Counted from the first letter of the stretch, positions 16,693-25,702 are shown. The stretch is DNA of 53,790 nt from an uncultured Pseudomonadales bacterium (GCA_964418385.1 CAYQLH010000001.1:1-53790); one strand, 5' to 3'. The notes: generated by a model not told the origin, from the letters alone. Made by a program: numbers and translations.

Positions 16693-17752
16693 CAGTTTGC
16701 GGATTAAAGGCCAAAATTACCGTTTGCCGATTTTTTGCCCAGATGCAACCCGAGGCGTGGTGAAAAATTTGGATACCTCGGATTTAACTTCGGCAGGAGT
16801 GCGAGGATTAATTGTGAACACGTGGCATTTGCATGAATATCCTGGCAGCGAGGCTATGGTGGCTCATGGCGGTGTTAAAGAACTGATGGGTTGGGACGGT
16901 TTGACAATTTCTGATTCGGGTGGGTTTCAAGTGTTTTCACTTTTTCAGCGCTTACCTGGTTTTGGTAAAATTACTGATAAGGGCTTAGTCACTTACACCG
17001 GGCCCAAAAAACAGCGTCAAAAGTTGTTTCGGCCAGAAGATTCGATCCGGATGCAATTGGCGCTTGGCAGTGATATTGTGATTTGCCTGGATGATTACAC
17101 ACCACCGGAGGCAGATAAAGCGCGGGCCCGCCAGAGCGTGGAACGCACAGTTGCTTGGGCCAGACGTTGTAAAAGAGAGTATGAAAAACAATTACGTTAC
17201 TGGCGCTTGGAAGCGAGCGAACGACCGCTCATTTTTGCCGTAATCCAGGGACACGATTATATGGACTTACGCACTCAGTGCGCACAGGCATTGATGGAGA
17301 TTGGTTTTGATGGCTATTGCTTGGGTGGGGCGAAGTTTTTAGCGAACGGACGCTTGGATTTAGCGTGGGCGGCAGACAATGCACGTTTGACTCCTGACGA
17401 ATTGCCTCGTTACGCGATGGGGTTTGGTAAACCAGATGAAATCGCGGCGCTTTACCGGTGTGGTTATCAGATATTTGATTGTGTTTTGCCCACACGCGAC
17501 GCTAGGCATGGAAGATTGTACGTGAGTGACGGCAAGCAGGGTTTTAAATTTTTAAATATTAATCAAGCGAAATATGCGACAGACAAACAATCTGTAGACC
17601 GAGAGTGCGCGTGCCACACTTGCCAAACAACTACGCGCGCGTATCTACATCATTTATTGAAGCTTGGCGATGGCAGTTTTGCGCGGTTAGCAGAAATTCA
17701 CAATGCTTATTTATTTTCGCATTGGACAGACAAGTTGCGCTTGGCAAAGTAA
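16685..17752 (+). CDS. tgt: tRNA-guanine transglycosylase (Tgt) superfamily protein, divergent
   Basis: Catalytic motifs LTISDSGGFQV and IFDCVLPTRDARHGRLY, plus zinc site CACHTC...HH. The substrate-pocket region reads CLGGAKFLANG instead of the bacterial GGLAVGE. Confidence 0.8.
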   Translation: MLDSLRIKGQNYRLPIFCPDATRGVVKNLDTSDLTSAGVRGLIVNTWHLHEYPGSEAMVAHGGVKELMGWDGLTISDSGGFQVFSLFQRLPGFGKITDKGLVTYTGPKKQRQKLFRPEDSIRMQLALGSDIVICLDDYTPPEADKARARQSVERTVAWARRCKREYEKQLRYWRLEASERPLIFAVIQGHDYMDLRTQCAQALMEIGFDGYCLGGAKFLANGRLDLAWAADNARLTPDELPRYAMGFGKPDEIAALYRCGYQIFDCVLPTRDARHGRLYVSDGKQGFKFLNINQAKYATDKQSVDRECACHTCQTTTRAYLHHLLKLGDGSFARLAEIHNAYLFSHWTDKLRLAK

Positions 17753-17775
17753 GAAAATATGGTAGAATAAGCTTT

Positions 17776-18330
17776 ATGAAAAAAAATCAAGTGTGGGTGG
17801 TTTTGAGTGCAATTTTGGTCGTGGTAGCGGTGGTGACTTTGTGGCACCGTCCTCGTCAAGTGGAACTTGTGACCGTTTTGCCTGACACCAATGAACTTTT
17901 GACAAGCTCTCCGGTTGTGTTAACAGATTTAACAGCGAGTGCGGGTGCACAAGCTGGAGATATTATTTTAAGCGAGGGTGTGGGCTTAGTTGGTGGTTGG
18001 TCTGATACCGTCAGCCGGCGAGCGTCGATGGCAATTGATCCTGCGGGAGATGGTCGTTTTGACGTGGCCATTGCTTGGGGCGGGAGTGCGTGGCAGACGG
18101 CAATGTGGACTTTTACTGGCACCTGGGACGAGATAACAAAGAGCTTGGTGTATAGTGACGGTGTTTACAAAATTCAAACTTACGCTGACGACGGTACCAT
18201 GAGTGAAGAGATTCTTGGTTCCAATCAGAGTGGCTACTTGAAGTATCAGGACGGTTTTTTGTATTGGCATGACGACGCTGGCGGTCCCGGTGAGGGTGCG
18301 GCGTTTGAGCCGATGAGTGCGGAGTCGTGA
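17776..18330 (+). CDS. Hypothetical N-terminally anchored exoprotein with a small beta-rich domain
   Basis: MKKNQVWVVLSAILVVVAVVTLW anchor. The ATG lies 7 nt after TGGTAGAAT (17760-17768). I recognise no motif. Confidence 0.6.
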   Translation: MKKNQVWVVLSAILVVVAVVTLWHRPRQVELVTVLPDTNELLTSSPVVLTDLTASAGAQAGDIILSEGVGLVGGWSDTVSRRASMAIDPAGDGRFDVAIAWGGSAWQTAMWTFTGTWDEITKSLVYSDGVYKIQTYADDGTMSEEILGSNQSGYLKYQDGFLYWHDDAGGPGEGAAFEPMSAES

Positions 18331-18450
18331 TTTTAATCATATTTTGTTTTTGTTTGTTCACGCTGACGCCTGGTTTTTGTTAAACATTTGTTAAACAAAG
18401 TTTGAAACGCGACCTCGGCGTTTTGCTTGCGGTGAGGATTCTTGCTGGGG

Positions 18451-18461
18451 TGTGATATAAT
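18451..18461 (+). promoter_or_regulatory. Extended -10 promoter (TGTGATATAAT) 7 nt from the hisS ATG
   Basis: Exact motif, which implies a leaderless hisS mRNA. Confidence 0.55.
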
Positions 18462-18468
18462 ACGACAT

Positions 18469-19779
18469 ATGGCAGAAAAATTAAATCTTACTCCTTTAAG
18501 CGGCATGCCGGAGTGGACGCCGGCGCAACAGTTAGTTTTTGAGGATTGGAAAGCGCGAGTGCGTCAGGTTTATAGTAGTTTTGGTTATGTCCCAATGGAG
18601 ACGCCGGCACTGGAGCGCGCGGAAGTGCTTTTGAGTAAAGCGGGCGCTGCGAGCAAACAGGTTTATCAGTTTGAGCGCGGTGACACTCAGCTTGCCTTGC
18701 GCTTTGATTTGACGGTGCCGCTGTCGCGGGTAGTCGCGGCCAAGCAGTCCACTCTCCCCTTCCCTTTTCGGCGACAAGCAATTGACCGGTCATGGCGTGG
18801 CGAGCGAGCCCAACTGGGGCGTTTCCGAGAGTTTTATCAAGCTGATGCCGATATTATTGGTCGCGGGAGTTTGAGCTTGAGTGCTGATGCGGAAATATTG
18901 GCAATGGCCAGTGAAGCAGTGGCGAGTTTAAACTTGGGTGAGTGTCAGTTGCAAATTTCCAATCGTAAAATTTTGAGCGGTTTTTTGGCTGCTTTGGGCG
19001 TCATGGATAAAACGGCGGTGATACAGTTGCTTGATGATGCGCCTAAAATTGGCCCCAAAAAGCTAAAAGAAGAACTGGCTTTACTGCGACTCGATACTTT
19101 TGAGATCCGCAAGATCGTGAAATTTTCTGAAATTGCTGGCAATTTTCACGCGGTGAGCCAAGAACTTTTGCGTTTAGATGTGGACAATCAAGAATTTAAT
19201 GAAGGTTTGGAAGAATTGCATCAACTGGATCAACTCTTGGCACTTTACGAGTTGCCCGTGGGCGCGTATCAGTACAATTTAGCAATTGTGCGCGGTTTGG
19301 ATTATTACACGGGGATGGTTTTTGAAACCTGGGCTGTGGAGTGGCCGCGTTTAGGTTCGGTTTGTTCTGGTGGTCGCTATGACGACCTGGTGGGACATTT
19401 GAGTAAAGCGAAAATGCCTGGCGTCGGTTGTTCAATTGGTTTGACACGTCTTTTTGCTGGCGCGCTGGCGGCGGGACTGATTGATGAAACTGTGCAAACC
19501 AATGCGCGAGTTGTAATTGTGCCCTTGAGCGAACGGCGTGAACTGATTTATCCGATTGCACAAGTTTTGCGGCGTGAAGGCGTCAAGACAATTTTAGCTG
19601 ATGAGCAAATGGGTTTGAAAAAAGCACTGAAATACGCCAATGATTTGGGTGTACCTTTTGTCTTGGTGATTGGCGATGATGAGCTTGACGCGCACCGGCT
19701 AACTTTGAAAAACATGGAGGCTGGCGAGCAAATGAGTTATAATTTAGCGCAGGTGCTTGATGTTTTGCGTGAAAATTAG
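18469..19779 (+). CDS. hisS: Histidine--tRNA ligase
   Basis: Class II motifs including FRRQAIDRSWRGERAQLGRFREFYQ, GGRYDDLVG and GCSIGLTRL, plus a C-terminal anticodon-binding domain. Confidence 0.9.
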   Translation: MAEKLNLTPLSGMPEWTPAQQLVFEDWKARVRQVYSSFGYVPMETPALERAEVLLSKAGAASKQVYQFERGDTQLALRFDLTVPLSRVVAAKQSTLPFPFRRQAIDRSWRGERAQLGRFREFYQADADIIGRGSLSLSADAEILAMASEAVASLNLGECQLQISNRKILSGFLAALGVMDKTAVIQLLDDAPKIGPKKLKEELALLRLDTFEIRKIVKFSEIAGNFHAVSQELLRLDVDNQEFNEGLEELHQLDQLLALYELPVGAYQYNLAIVRGLDYYTGMVFETWAVEWPRLGSVCSGGRYDDLVGHLSKAKMPGVGCSIGLTRLFAGALAAGLIDETVQTNARVVIVPLSERRELIYPIAQVLRREGVKTILADEQMGLKKALKYANDLGVPFVLVIGDDELDAHRLTLKNMEAGEQMSYNLAQVLDVLREN

Positions 19780-19823
19780 TTTTGACGTTGTTTTAACGCC
19801 GAATTGTTATAATCTGACGACTT

Positions 19824-20525
19824 ATGAGAATACTTTTGGTGGAAGATAAGATCCCATTAAACAATTCGTTGAGCAAAATTCTACGAAAAAACAATTATGC
19901 CGTGGATCAAGCTTTTGATGGCGAGGAAGCTTTAGATTTGCTTGATCCCGCTTTACATGATTTGATGATTTTGGATTTGACATTGCCCAAAATCGATGGT
20001 TTGGAAGTGATTACTCGGGTGCGAGAAAACAAAAACAATGTGCCGATTTTGGTTTTAACTGCTCGTGGAGCGACGCCGCAGATTGTGAATGGTTTGGAAA
20101 TCGGAGCCGATGATTATTTGGCGAAACCATTTGAGGTCGATGAACTTCTGGCACGTGTCAGAGCACTCTTGCGGCGTTTGAACGGTAATAAAACGCCACT
20201 TTTGCAGGTGGACGATTTGATTTTGGATACTCTTAATGGCGAAGTTAGTCGCGCTGGTGAAGCGATTAAGCTTTCAAAAACTGAGTATGCTTTGCTTTAT
20301 TATTTAATGATGAAGGCGCATTGGATTGTTACCAAAGAAGAATTACTTTTACACGTGTGGGAAAATGATACTCAAGTGTATGATCGAGTGGTGGATACTT
20401 ATATTTGCTTTTTACGCCGGAAAATTGATAAAGCATTTCCGGAAAAGAAAAAACTGATCCAAACGATAAAAACACGCGGCTATAGACTTGGTGACGCGCG
20501 AGTGACAGGAACGAGCGATGTTTGA
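19824..20525 (+). CDS. OmpR-family response regulator
   Basis: MRILLVEDK, DLMILDLTLPKIDG (phospho-acceptor Asp), and a winged-helix C-terminus (TRGYRL). Confidence 0.9.
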   Translation: MRILLVEDKIPLNNSLSKILRKNNYAVDQAFDGEEALDLLDPALHDLMILDLTLPKIDGLEVITRVRENKNNVPILVLTARGATPQIVNGLEIGADDYLAKPFEVDELLARVRALLRRLNGNKTPLLQVDDLILDTLNGEVSRAGEAIKLSKTEYALLYYLMMKAHWIVTKEELLLHVWENDTQVYDRVVDTYICFLRRKIDKAFPEKKKLIQTIKTRGYRLGDARVTGTSDV

Positions 20526-21618
20526 AGCGATTGAAAAAAACTTCCGGCATGTGCAGTGGAAATTAACTTTAATTTTTTCTGCTTGCTTTTTGTTGGTAAT
20601 TGTTTTTTATTCACTGCTGCTTTTGCGTGCTCATGATTGGGCGCGGTACAGTTTTGAGCAAAATGTCCGTCGAGAATTAAGTTTGCAAGACTTAGATGCT
20701 CCTTTGTTGCCTGGACGAGTAGCATGTGCTCCTCCAAGTAAACCTTATCGCGCCACACCGACAACTGAAGACATGGATTTGACAGAATTAATCATCCATA
20801 ACTTTGATCGTTTTGTACGGCGTTTTCGCTGGAATTTGTGGCTTTTTGATTTGTTGATTTGGCTGAGCGTCAGTTGCGGCGGTTACTTTTTTATTGGGTG
20901 GCTTTTAAAACCTGCACGTGCGGCGGCGGCGGCGCAAGAAGAATTTTTGGCCAATGCTTCTCACGAGTTAAAGACGCCAATTACCACCATTAAAACTGAA
21001 TTGTCGCTTTTGGAAGGTGAGAAAATGAGTCGCGATGCACGTGAGTGCGTCACCGCAATCACCACTGAGAATAATGCGTTGGCGGCGACAGTAGAAAAAT
21101 TATTGCAACTTTTACGTCACGAAAAAAGACTTAGGTTGACTGGTAAGTGTGAGGTCTGGCCGTTGACGCAACGTCTGATCAAACGTGCGGCGCGTACTTG
21201 GTCTGCTAAAAAACTCGAGTTTAGAGTCACGGGCGTTCGTGGTGCTTGTTTGATGGCGCCTGAGACAGTTGTGTCTGAAATTCTGGAATTATTATTGGAT
21301 AATGCTGCCAAATACGCTGATGATGATTCTTTGGTGAGTGTAGAAATTAGTGCGGATAAGTTTGTGAGTGTGCGGGTGATTAATTGTGGCGTGGGTATCC
21401 CAGAAACAGCTAGAGCGCAGATATGGGAACGATTTTTCCGAGTGACGGACAAACGTATCCAAGCAGAAACCGGCAGCGGTCTCGGGCTCGCAATTGCCAA
21501 GCAATTGGCACAGGATGCAGATTTGAGTTTGACATTGGAAAGCGGTGCGCCAGAGCGAACTGTATTTTGTTTGCGAGGCAAAAGAGGGACTGAACACAAA
21601 AAATTAACTTTAACTTAA
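20518..21618 (+). CDS. Sensor histidine kinase (HisKA + HATPase_c), two TM helices
   Basis: H-box FLANASHELKTPIT, plus N, G1 and G2 boxes (LLDNAAKY, GVGIPE, GSGLGLAI). ATGTTTGA overlaps the regulator gene. Confidence 0.88.
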   Translation: MFEAIEKNFRHVQWKLTLIFSACFLLVIVFYSLLLLRAHDWARYSFEQNVRRELSLQDLDAPLLPGRVACAPPSKPYRATPTTEDMDLTELIIHNFDRFVRRFRWNLWLFDLLIWLSVSCGGYFFIGWLLKPARAAAAAQEEFLANASHELKTPITTIKTELSLLEGEKMSRDARECVTAITTENNALAATVEKLLQLLRHEKRLRLTGKCEVWPLTQRLIKRAARTWSAKKLEFRVTGVRGACLMAPETVVSEILELLLDNAAKYADDDSLVSVEISADKFVSVRVINCGVGIPETARAQIWERFFRVTDKRIQAETGSGLGLAIAKQLAQDADLSLTLESGAPERTVFCLRGKRGTEHKKLTLT

Positions 21619-21701
21619 CATTTTAATGGTATAATGGTATAGTTAGAGCAAATAAAGCGTTTTAATCTTGTTTTAACGTGCAAAGAGTAGAACAAAACAG
21701 T

Positions 21702-23000
21702 ATGAAAATGCAAATAATACAAAAATTAAAATCGTTTGGGAAGAAGCTGTGGGCGCACAAATGGCGGCACCTTTTGATTCTCTTGATACTGGCTGGTGGC
21801 TTGTGGTGGTGGTTGCGTCCCAAGCCAAAGACCGATGAAAAAACGGCTTTGGTGGAAACCGTTATTCCGGTGAAACGTCAGGATATCAGCGATACAGTAG
21901 AAGTTTCTGGAACAATTTCGAGCGCCAATTACACTCAAGTGCAAACGCAGGCCATTGGCACAATTACTGATATTTACGTGGAAGAGGGTCAAGAAGTAAA
22001 AGAAGGCGATAAACTTTTCCAGTTGGAGCTGACTCCAGAGGGTAAGCAAGCAAATCAATCTGCTTATTCGAGTTACTTGCAAGCGCAAAATTCGCTCAAA
22101 TCAGCTGAGAATCAGCTCAATTCCTTGCAGGTAACACTTTTTGACAAGAATAAGTACTTTATCGATCATGCCGATAAGGAAAAATTGGCTCACGAAAATC
22201 CCGATTGGATTATGCAATGGGCAGATTGGCTCGCAGCTGAGGGTTCGTACAAAAATCAAGAAGAAGTCATCAAACAATCGCGCGCCAATGTGGCATCGGC
22301 GTATCAGACCTACCGCAATACGGGAGCTGTGGTTTACGCTCCGGTTTCAGGAGTAGTAGAGAATATTACTGCGGTGAAAGGTTTGAGTTTTGGCAGTGTG
22401 AGCTCAGGTTCTGGAATTTCACTTTCAGCGCGTTTGGCAACGATTAAAACCGGTGAGCAAGTTTTGGCAGTTTTTACGGTTGCTGCCAGTGACATTCTCA
22501 AAATTGAGCTTGATCAGGATGTCGTTTTAAACAGTAGCAATTTACCAAATGAATATCACGGCAAAATCGTCAGCGTGGACCGCTATGGGACTACAGGCAC
22601 GACGACTACTTATCAAGTAATTGCCCGTTTTGAGATTGCCGAAAACGAGAATACCGAATCACTTTTACCAAACATGAGCGTGGATGGCGAAATTGAAGTT
22701 GCCGAATATAAAGATGCCTTGGTGGTGCCTACTTTGGCAATTACGACTACCGACGACCATTCGCAAGTGACAGTGCGCAAAGATGGGGTGGATACAGTGC
22801 GCGAAGTCACGACCGGCATTACTCAAGGCAACTTGACACAAATTATTGATGGTTTAAGCGAGGGTGAAGAAGTAGTGATGTCGTTGGAGGAGTTCAGCGA
22901 AGACGGACAAATGCGCATGGGTGGAGTGCCGATGGGCATGAGCGGCAGCCGACCCAGTAGTGGCAGGAGTGACGGTTCACGTCGACCGCCAGATCGCTAA
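21702..23000 (+). CDS. HlyD/MacA-type periplasmic adaptor (membrane fusion) protein
   Basis: N-terminal TM helix, biotinyl-lipoyl-like hairpin (GTITDIYVEEGQEVKEGDKLFQL), a coiled-coil stretch and a beta-barrel domain. The Gly/Ser/Arg-rich tail is unusual. The start is GTG 21678 or ATG 21702. Confidence 0.75.
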   Translation: MKMQIIQKLKSFGKKLWAHKWRHLLILLILAGGLWWWLRPKPKTDEKTALVETVIPVKRQDISDTVEVSGTISSANYTQVQTQAIGTITDIYVEEGQEVKEGDKLFQLELTPEGKQANQSAYSSYLQAQNSLKSAENQLNSLQVTLFDKNKYFIDHADKEKLAHENPDWIMQWADWLAAEGSYKNQEEVIKQSRANVASAYQTYRNTGAVVYAPVSGVVENITAVKGLSFGSVSSGSGISLSARLATIKTGEQVLAVFTVAASDILKIELDQDVVLNSSNLPNEYHGKIVSVDRYGTTGTTTTYQVIARFEIAENENTESLLPNMSVDGEIEVAEYKDALVVPTLAITTTDDHSQVTVRKDGVDTVREVTTGITQGNLTQIIDGLSEGEEVVMSLEEFSEDGQMRMGGVPMGMSGSRPSSGRSDGSRRPPDR

Positions 23001-23052
23001 TGATCAATTTTTGTGAACAAAATATAGTTTAACTTTGTACAAATTTAATAAA

Positions 23053-23940
23053 ATGGCTGATATTAAGGAAAAAAATACTAGCGATAATAAGAACAATTTG
23101 GCAGTGGCGTCGAGTCTTGATTGTCAGCATGATCGCGAAGAGCATCGAGTGGCGTGTGCAAATGTTGCCACGACAGGCGCAAAGAAAAACCATGGTGCAG
23201 CCGCTAGTGAGAGCGTGAAGCCGCAGACACGAAAAGTGATTGAGATTAAAAATTTGGTTAAAACTTATCACGGTCAGGCTGGGGAAACACCGGTTTTGAA
23301 AGGAATTGATTTTGAAGTGCACGAAGGTGAATTCGTTTCTATCATGGGTCCTTCTGGTTCGGGTAAATCAACTTTAATGCATATTTTGGGTGTTTTAGAT
23401 GTGCCTTCAAGCGGTCAGTACTGGCTTGATGGCGTGAACATTAAAGATTTAAGTGAGGATGACTTGGCGAGCGTGCGTGGTGAAAAAATTGGTTTTGTTT
23501 TTCAAGCTTTTAATCTGTTGCAACAAAAAACGGTTTTGGAAAACGTGATGCTTCCTGGTATTTATGGACGAATGCCGATGAAAAAACGCATTGCCAGGGC
23601 AAAAGAATTGGTGGTCATGGTACGACTGGAAAATCGGATTAATCATTTGGCATGTCAGCTTTCCGGCGGACAGCAGCAACGGGTGGCGATTGCACGCAGT
23701 TTGATGATGGATCCAGCGATTATTTTGGCTGATGAACCCACGGGGAATTTGCCGACTGACCAGACTGATGAGGTTTTGAGTTTTTTTACTAAATTAAATC
23801 GTGAGCATCACAAAACAATTGTCATTATTACCCATGAGCCCGCGGTGGCTTCTTATTCAGATCGGACGATAGTCTTGCGTGACGGCGTGATCACCCGCGA
23901 TGGACCTGCCAATAAGGATGTGCATTATGATAATGTTTGA
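23053..23940 (+). CDS. ABC transporter ATP-binding protein (MacB/LolD type)
   Basis: Walker A GPSGSGKST, Q-loop, signature LSGGQQQRVAIAR, and Walker B ILADEPTGNL. About 60 aa of non-homologous N-terminal extension make the true start uncertain. Confidence 0.88.
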   Translation: MADIKEKNTSDNKNNLAVASSLDCQHDREEHRVACANVATTGAKKNHGAAASESVKPQTRKVIEIKNLVKTYHGQAGETPVLKGIDFEVHEGEFVSIMGPSGSGKSTLMHILGVLDVPSSGQYWLDGVNIKDLSEDDLASVRGEKIGFVFQAFNLLQQKTVLENVMLPGIYGRMPMKKRIARAKELVVMVRLENRINHLACQLSGGQQQRVAIARSLMMDPAIILADEPTGNLPTDQTDEVLSFFTKLNREHHKTIVIITHEPAVASYSDRTIVLRDGVITRDGPANKDVHYDNV

Positions 23941-25117
23941 GATTTTCCAGGAGTCATTGTCAGCCTTGTGGCAAAACAAAGGTCGCACTTTTCTTTCAGT
24001 GCTGGGAATCGTGATTGGGATTGCAAGTGTGATTTCGATGATGGCAATTGGCAATGGCACACAAGAAGCGGTGGCCGAGCAAATCCAGCAGTTGGGCACA
24101 AATACGATTACTTTGTCTTCGTTTGAAAAACCTTTAACCAGTGCTGACGTGAAAGCAATCATGGCGAATGATTATGAAGGCGTTTTAAGTGCCTACGTGG
24201 AGCAAGTACAAAGTCAACAAACATTAGTAGTGGATACCGAAAGCGAGTCCGCAAGTGTCACTGGCGTTTCGGAAAATTATTTGGAAGTTGCGAATAAAGA
24301 AATTGACCTCGGGCGTTTTTTAAACGAGGATGATTACACCCAAGGATTACGTTCGGCAGTGATAGGTAGTTCGACGGCGACCAATCTTTATGGTACGAAA
24401 TCTGAAGCCGTGGGACAAAAATTAAAAGTGGGATCACTGTATTTTACCGTCGTGGGTGTGTTTACAGAAAGTGGCTCTGGGAGCAGTGGTTTTTCTGACC
24501 CGGATGATTTTGTCATTATTCCTTTAAGCGTGATGCAAAACGAAATTGCTGGTTCACGCAATTTAGGATCGGTGGTTTTTACTGTGAGCGATGAAAGCTT
24601 GGTAGATCAGGCGAAAGCAATAATTGGCTATACAATGTTGCGCCGGCGCGAGATTGAAGACGTGCAAGACGCGGATTTTTCGATGTTTGCTGCATCTGAT
24701 CTTTTAGAAACACTTTCAAGTGTCACTGGGATGTTGACACTTTTGATTTCTGGAATTGCCGGGATTTCGCTTTTGGTGGGCGGAATTGGCATTATGAACG
24801 TGATGCTCATGAGTGTTTTGGAGAGAACGCGTGAAATTGGTTTGCGTAAAGCCTTGGGAGCACGGCAAATCCATTTGATTGCCCAATTTCTTTTTGAAGC
24901 TATTTTAGTGACTTTTAGCGGCGGTGCCATTGGCTTTTTGCTTGGTATGGGCGCCAGTGCTTTAATATCAAAGTTTAGCGAAATTACGGCGACTGTGACT
25001 TTGGATAGCATTTTAATGGCAATTGGTGTGTCAACGGCAATTGGTTTAATTTTTGGCATTTATCCCGCTCGCAAGGCTGCTAAGCTGGCACCTATTGAAG
25101 CTTTACGTACTGAATAA
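23927..25117 (+). CDS. ABC transporter permease (MacB/FtsX family)
   Basis: MacB_PCD-like extracytoplasmic domain between TM1 and TM2. The C-terminal FtsX region has ERTREIGLRKALGA. It overlaps the ATPase stop. Confidence 0.88.
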   Translation: MIMFEIFQESLSALWQNKGRTFLSVLGIVIGIASVISMMAIGNGTQEAVAEQIQQLGTNTITLSSFEKPLTSADVKAIMANDYEGVLSAYVEQVQSQQTLVVDTESESASVTGVSENYLEVANKEIDLGRFLNEDDYTQGLRSAVIGSSTATNLYGTKSEAVGQKLKVGSLYFTVVGVFTESGSGSSGFSDPDDFVIIPLSVMQNEIAGSRNLGSVVFTVSDESLVDQAKAIIGYTMLRRREIEDVQDADFSMFAASDLLETLSSVTGMLTLLISGIAGISLLVGGIGIMNVMLMSVLERTREIGLRKALGARQIHLIAQFLFEAILVTFSGGAIGFLLGMGASALISKFSEITATVTLDSILMAIGVSTAIGLIFGIYPARKAAKLAPIEALRTE

Positions 25118-25142
25118 TATCCTTTGTTATATTAATATCTAC

Positions 25143-25171
25143 TTGACAAGTCCGGAGCAGTTGCATATAAT
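25143..25171 (+). promoter_or_regulatory. Near-consensus sigma70-type promoter (TTGACA-17 nt-TATAAT)
   Basis: TTGACA at 25143-25148 and TATAAT at 25166-25171. ATG 25178 lies 6 nt downstream. Confidence 0.65.
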
Positions 25172-25177
25172 TTGAGA

Positions 25178-25702
25178 ATGATGCAAAATGATAAGAGTGT
25201 GAACATTAATGATCAACATACAGAAGATAGTGTTGATTTGCGCGCAAATGCCGGTTGGTTTGATTTAGATACGACTTTGATTATTTTTGCTGGCATGGTG
25301 GTTTTGGTTTTGACGGGTGTTTTTTTCTCGGCGCGCAGGTTTGATAGTCGTGACACTATGAGTGACGCGAGCATGAGTACGCAACAGGTAAATGGAGTAA
25401 ATGCCGCCGGTACGAGTGGTACTCAAGCGCGCGTGCAAGATGTTTATGGTTTGTGGCGTGGTGATGGCGTGAGTTTTAACTTCCATGAGGGTGGCATGGT
25501 AGAAATTGATGACGCTGACGGTGAGCTTTTAGTTGGTTCTTGGGAATGGGATGAACAAAATTTATTGGCGAGTGTGCGTTTGAACGGTATGTCCGGTGAA
25601 GTGCACTATTTGACTTTCAGCTGGGATGATGGTTTATTGATTTTAACCAGTCAAAGTGGCAATGATTTTCAAGCCGGTTTGACTTTGGTGCGCAATGGAT
25701 GA
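25178..25702 (+). CDS. Hypothetical N-terminally anchored exoprotein, small beta-rich (lipocalin-like?) domain
   Basis: TM helix LIIFAGMVVLVLTGVFF and a C-terminal GLWRGDGVSFNFHEGGMVEI...GSWEWDE...LTFSWDDGLLILT pattern. The family is not recognised. Confidence 0.6.
   Translation: MMQNDKSVNINDQHTEDSVDLRANAGWFDLDTTLIIFAGMVVLVLTGVFFSARRFDSRDTMSDASMSTQQVNGVNAAGTSGTQARVQDVYGLWRGDGVSFNFHEGGMVEIDDADGELLVGSWEWDEQNLLASVRLNGMSGEVHYLTFSWDDGLLILTSQSGNDFQAGLTLVRNG

Noticed and set aside
18331-18441. Tandem TTGTTAAACA direct repeat and a weak hairpin (AACGC...GCGTT) after gene 17776-18330, as a possible terminator or operator
   Set aside because: The stem is only 5 bp with a 7-nt loop and a poor T-run, and the repeat is short and AT-rich. 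This is not enough evidence to call a feature.
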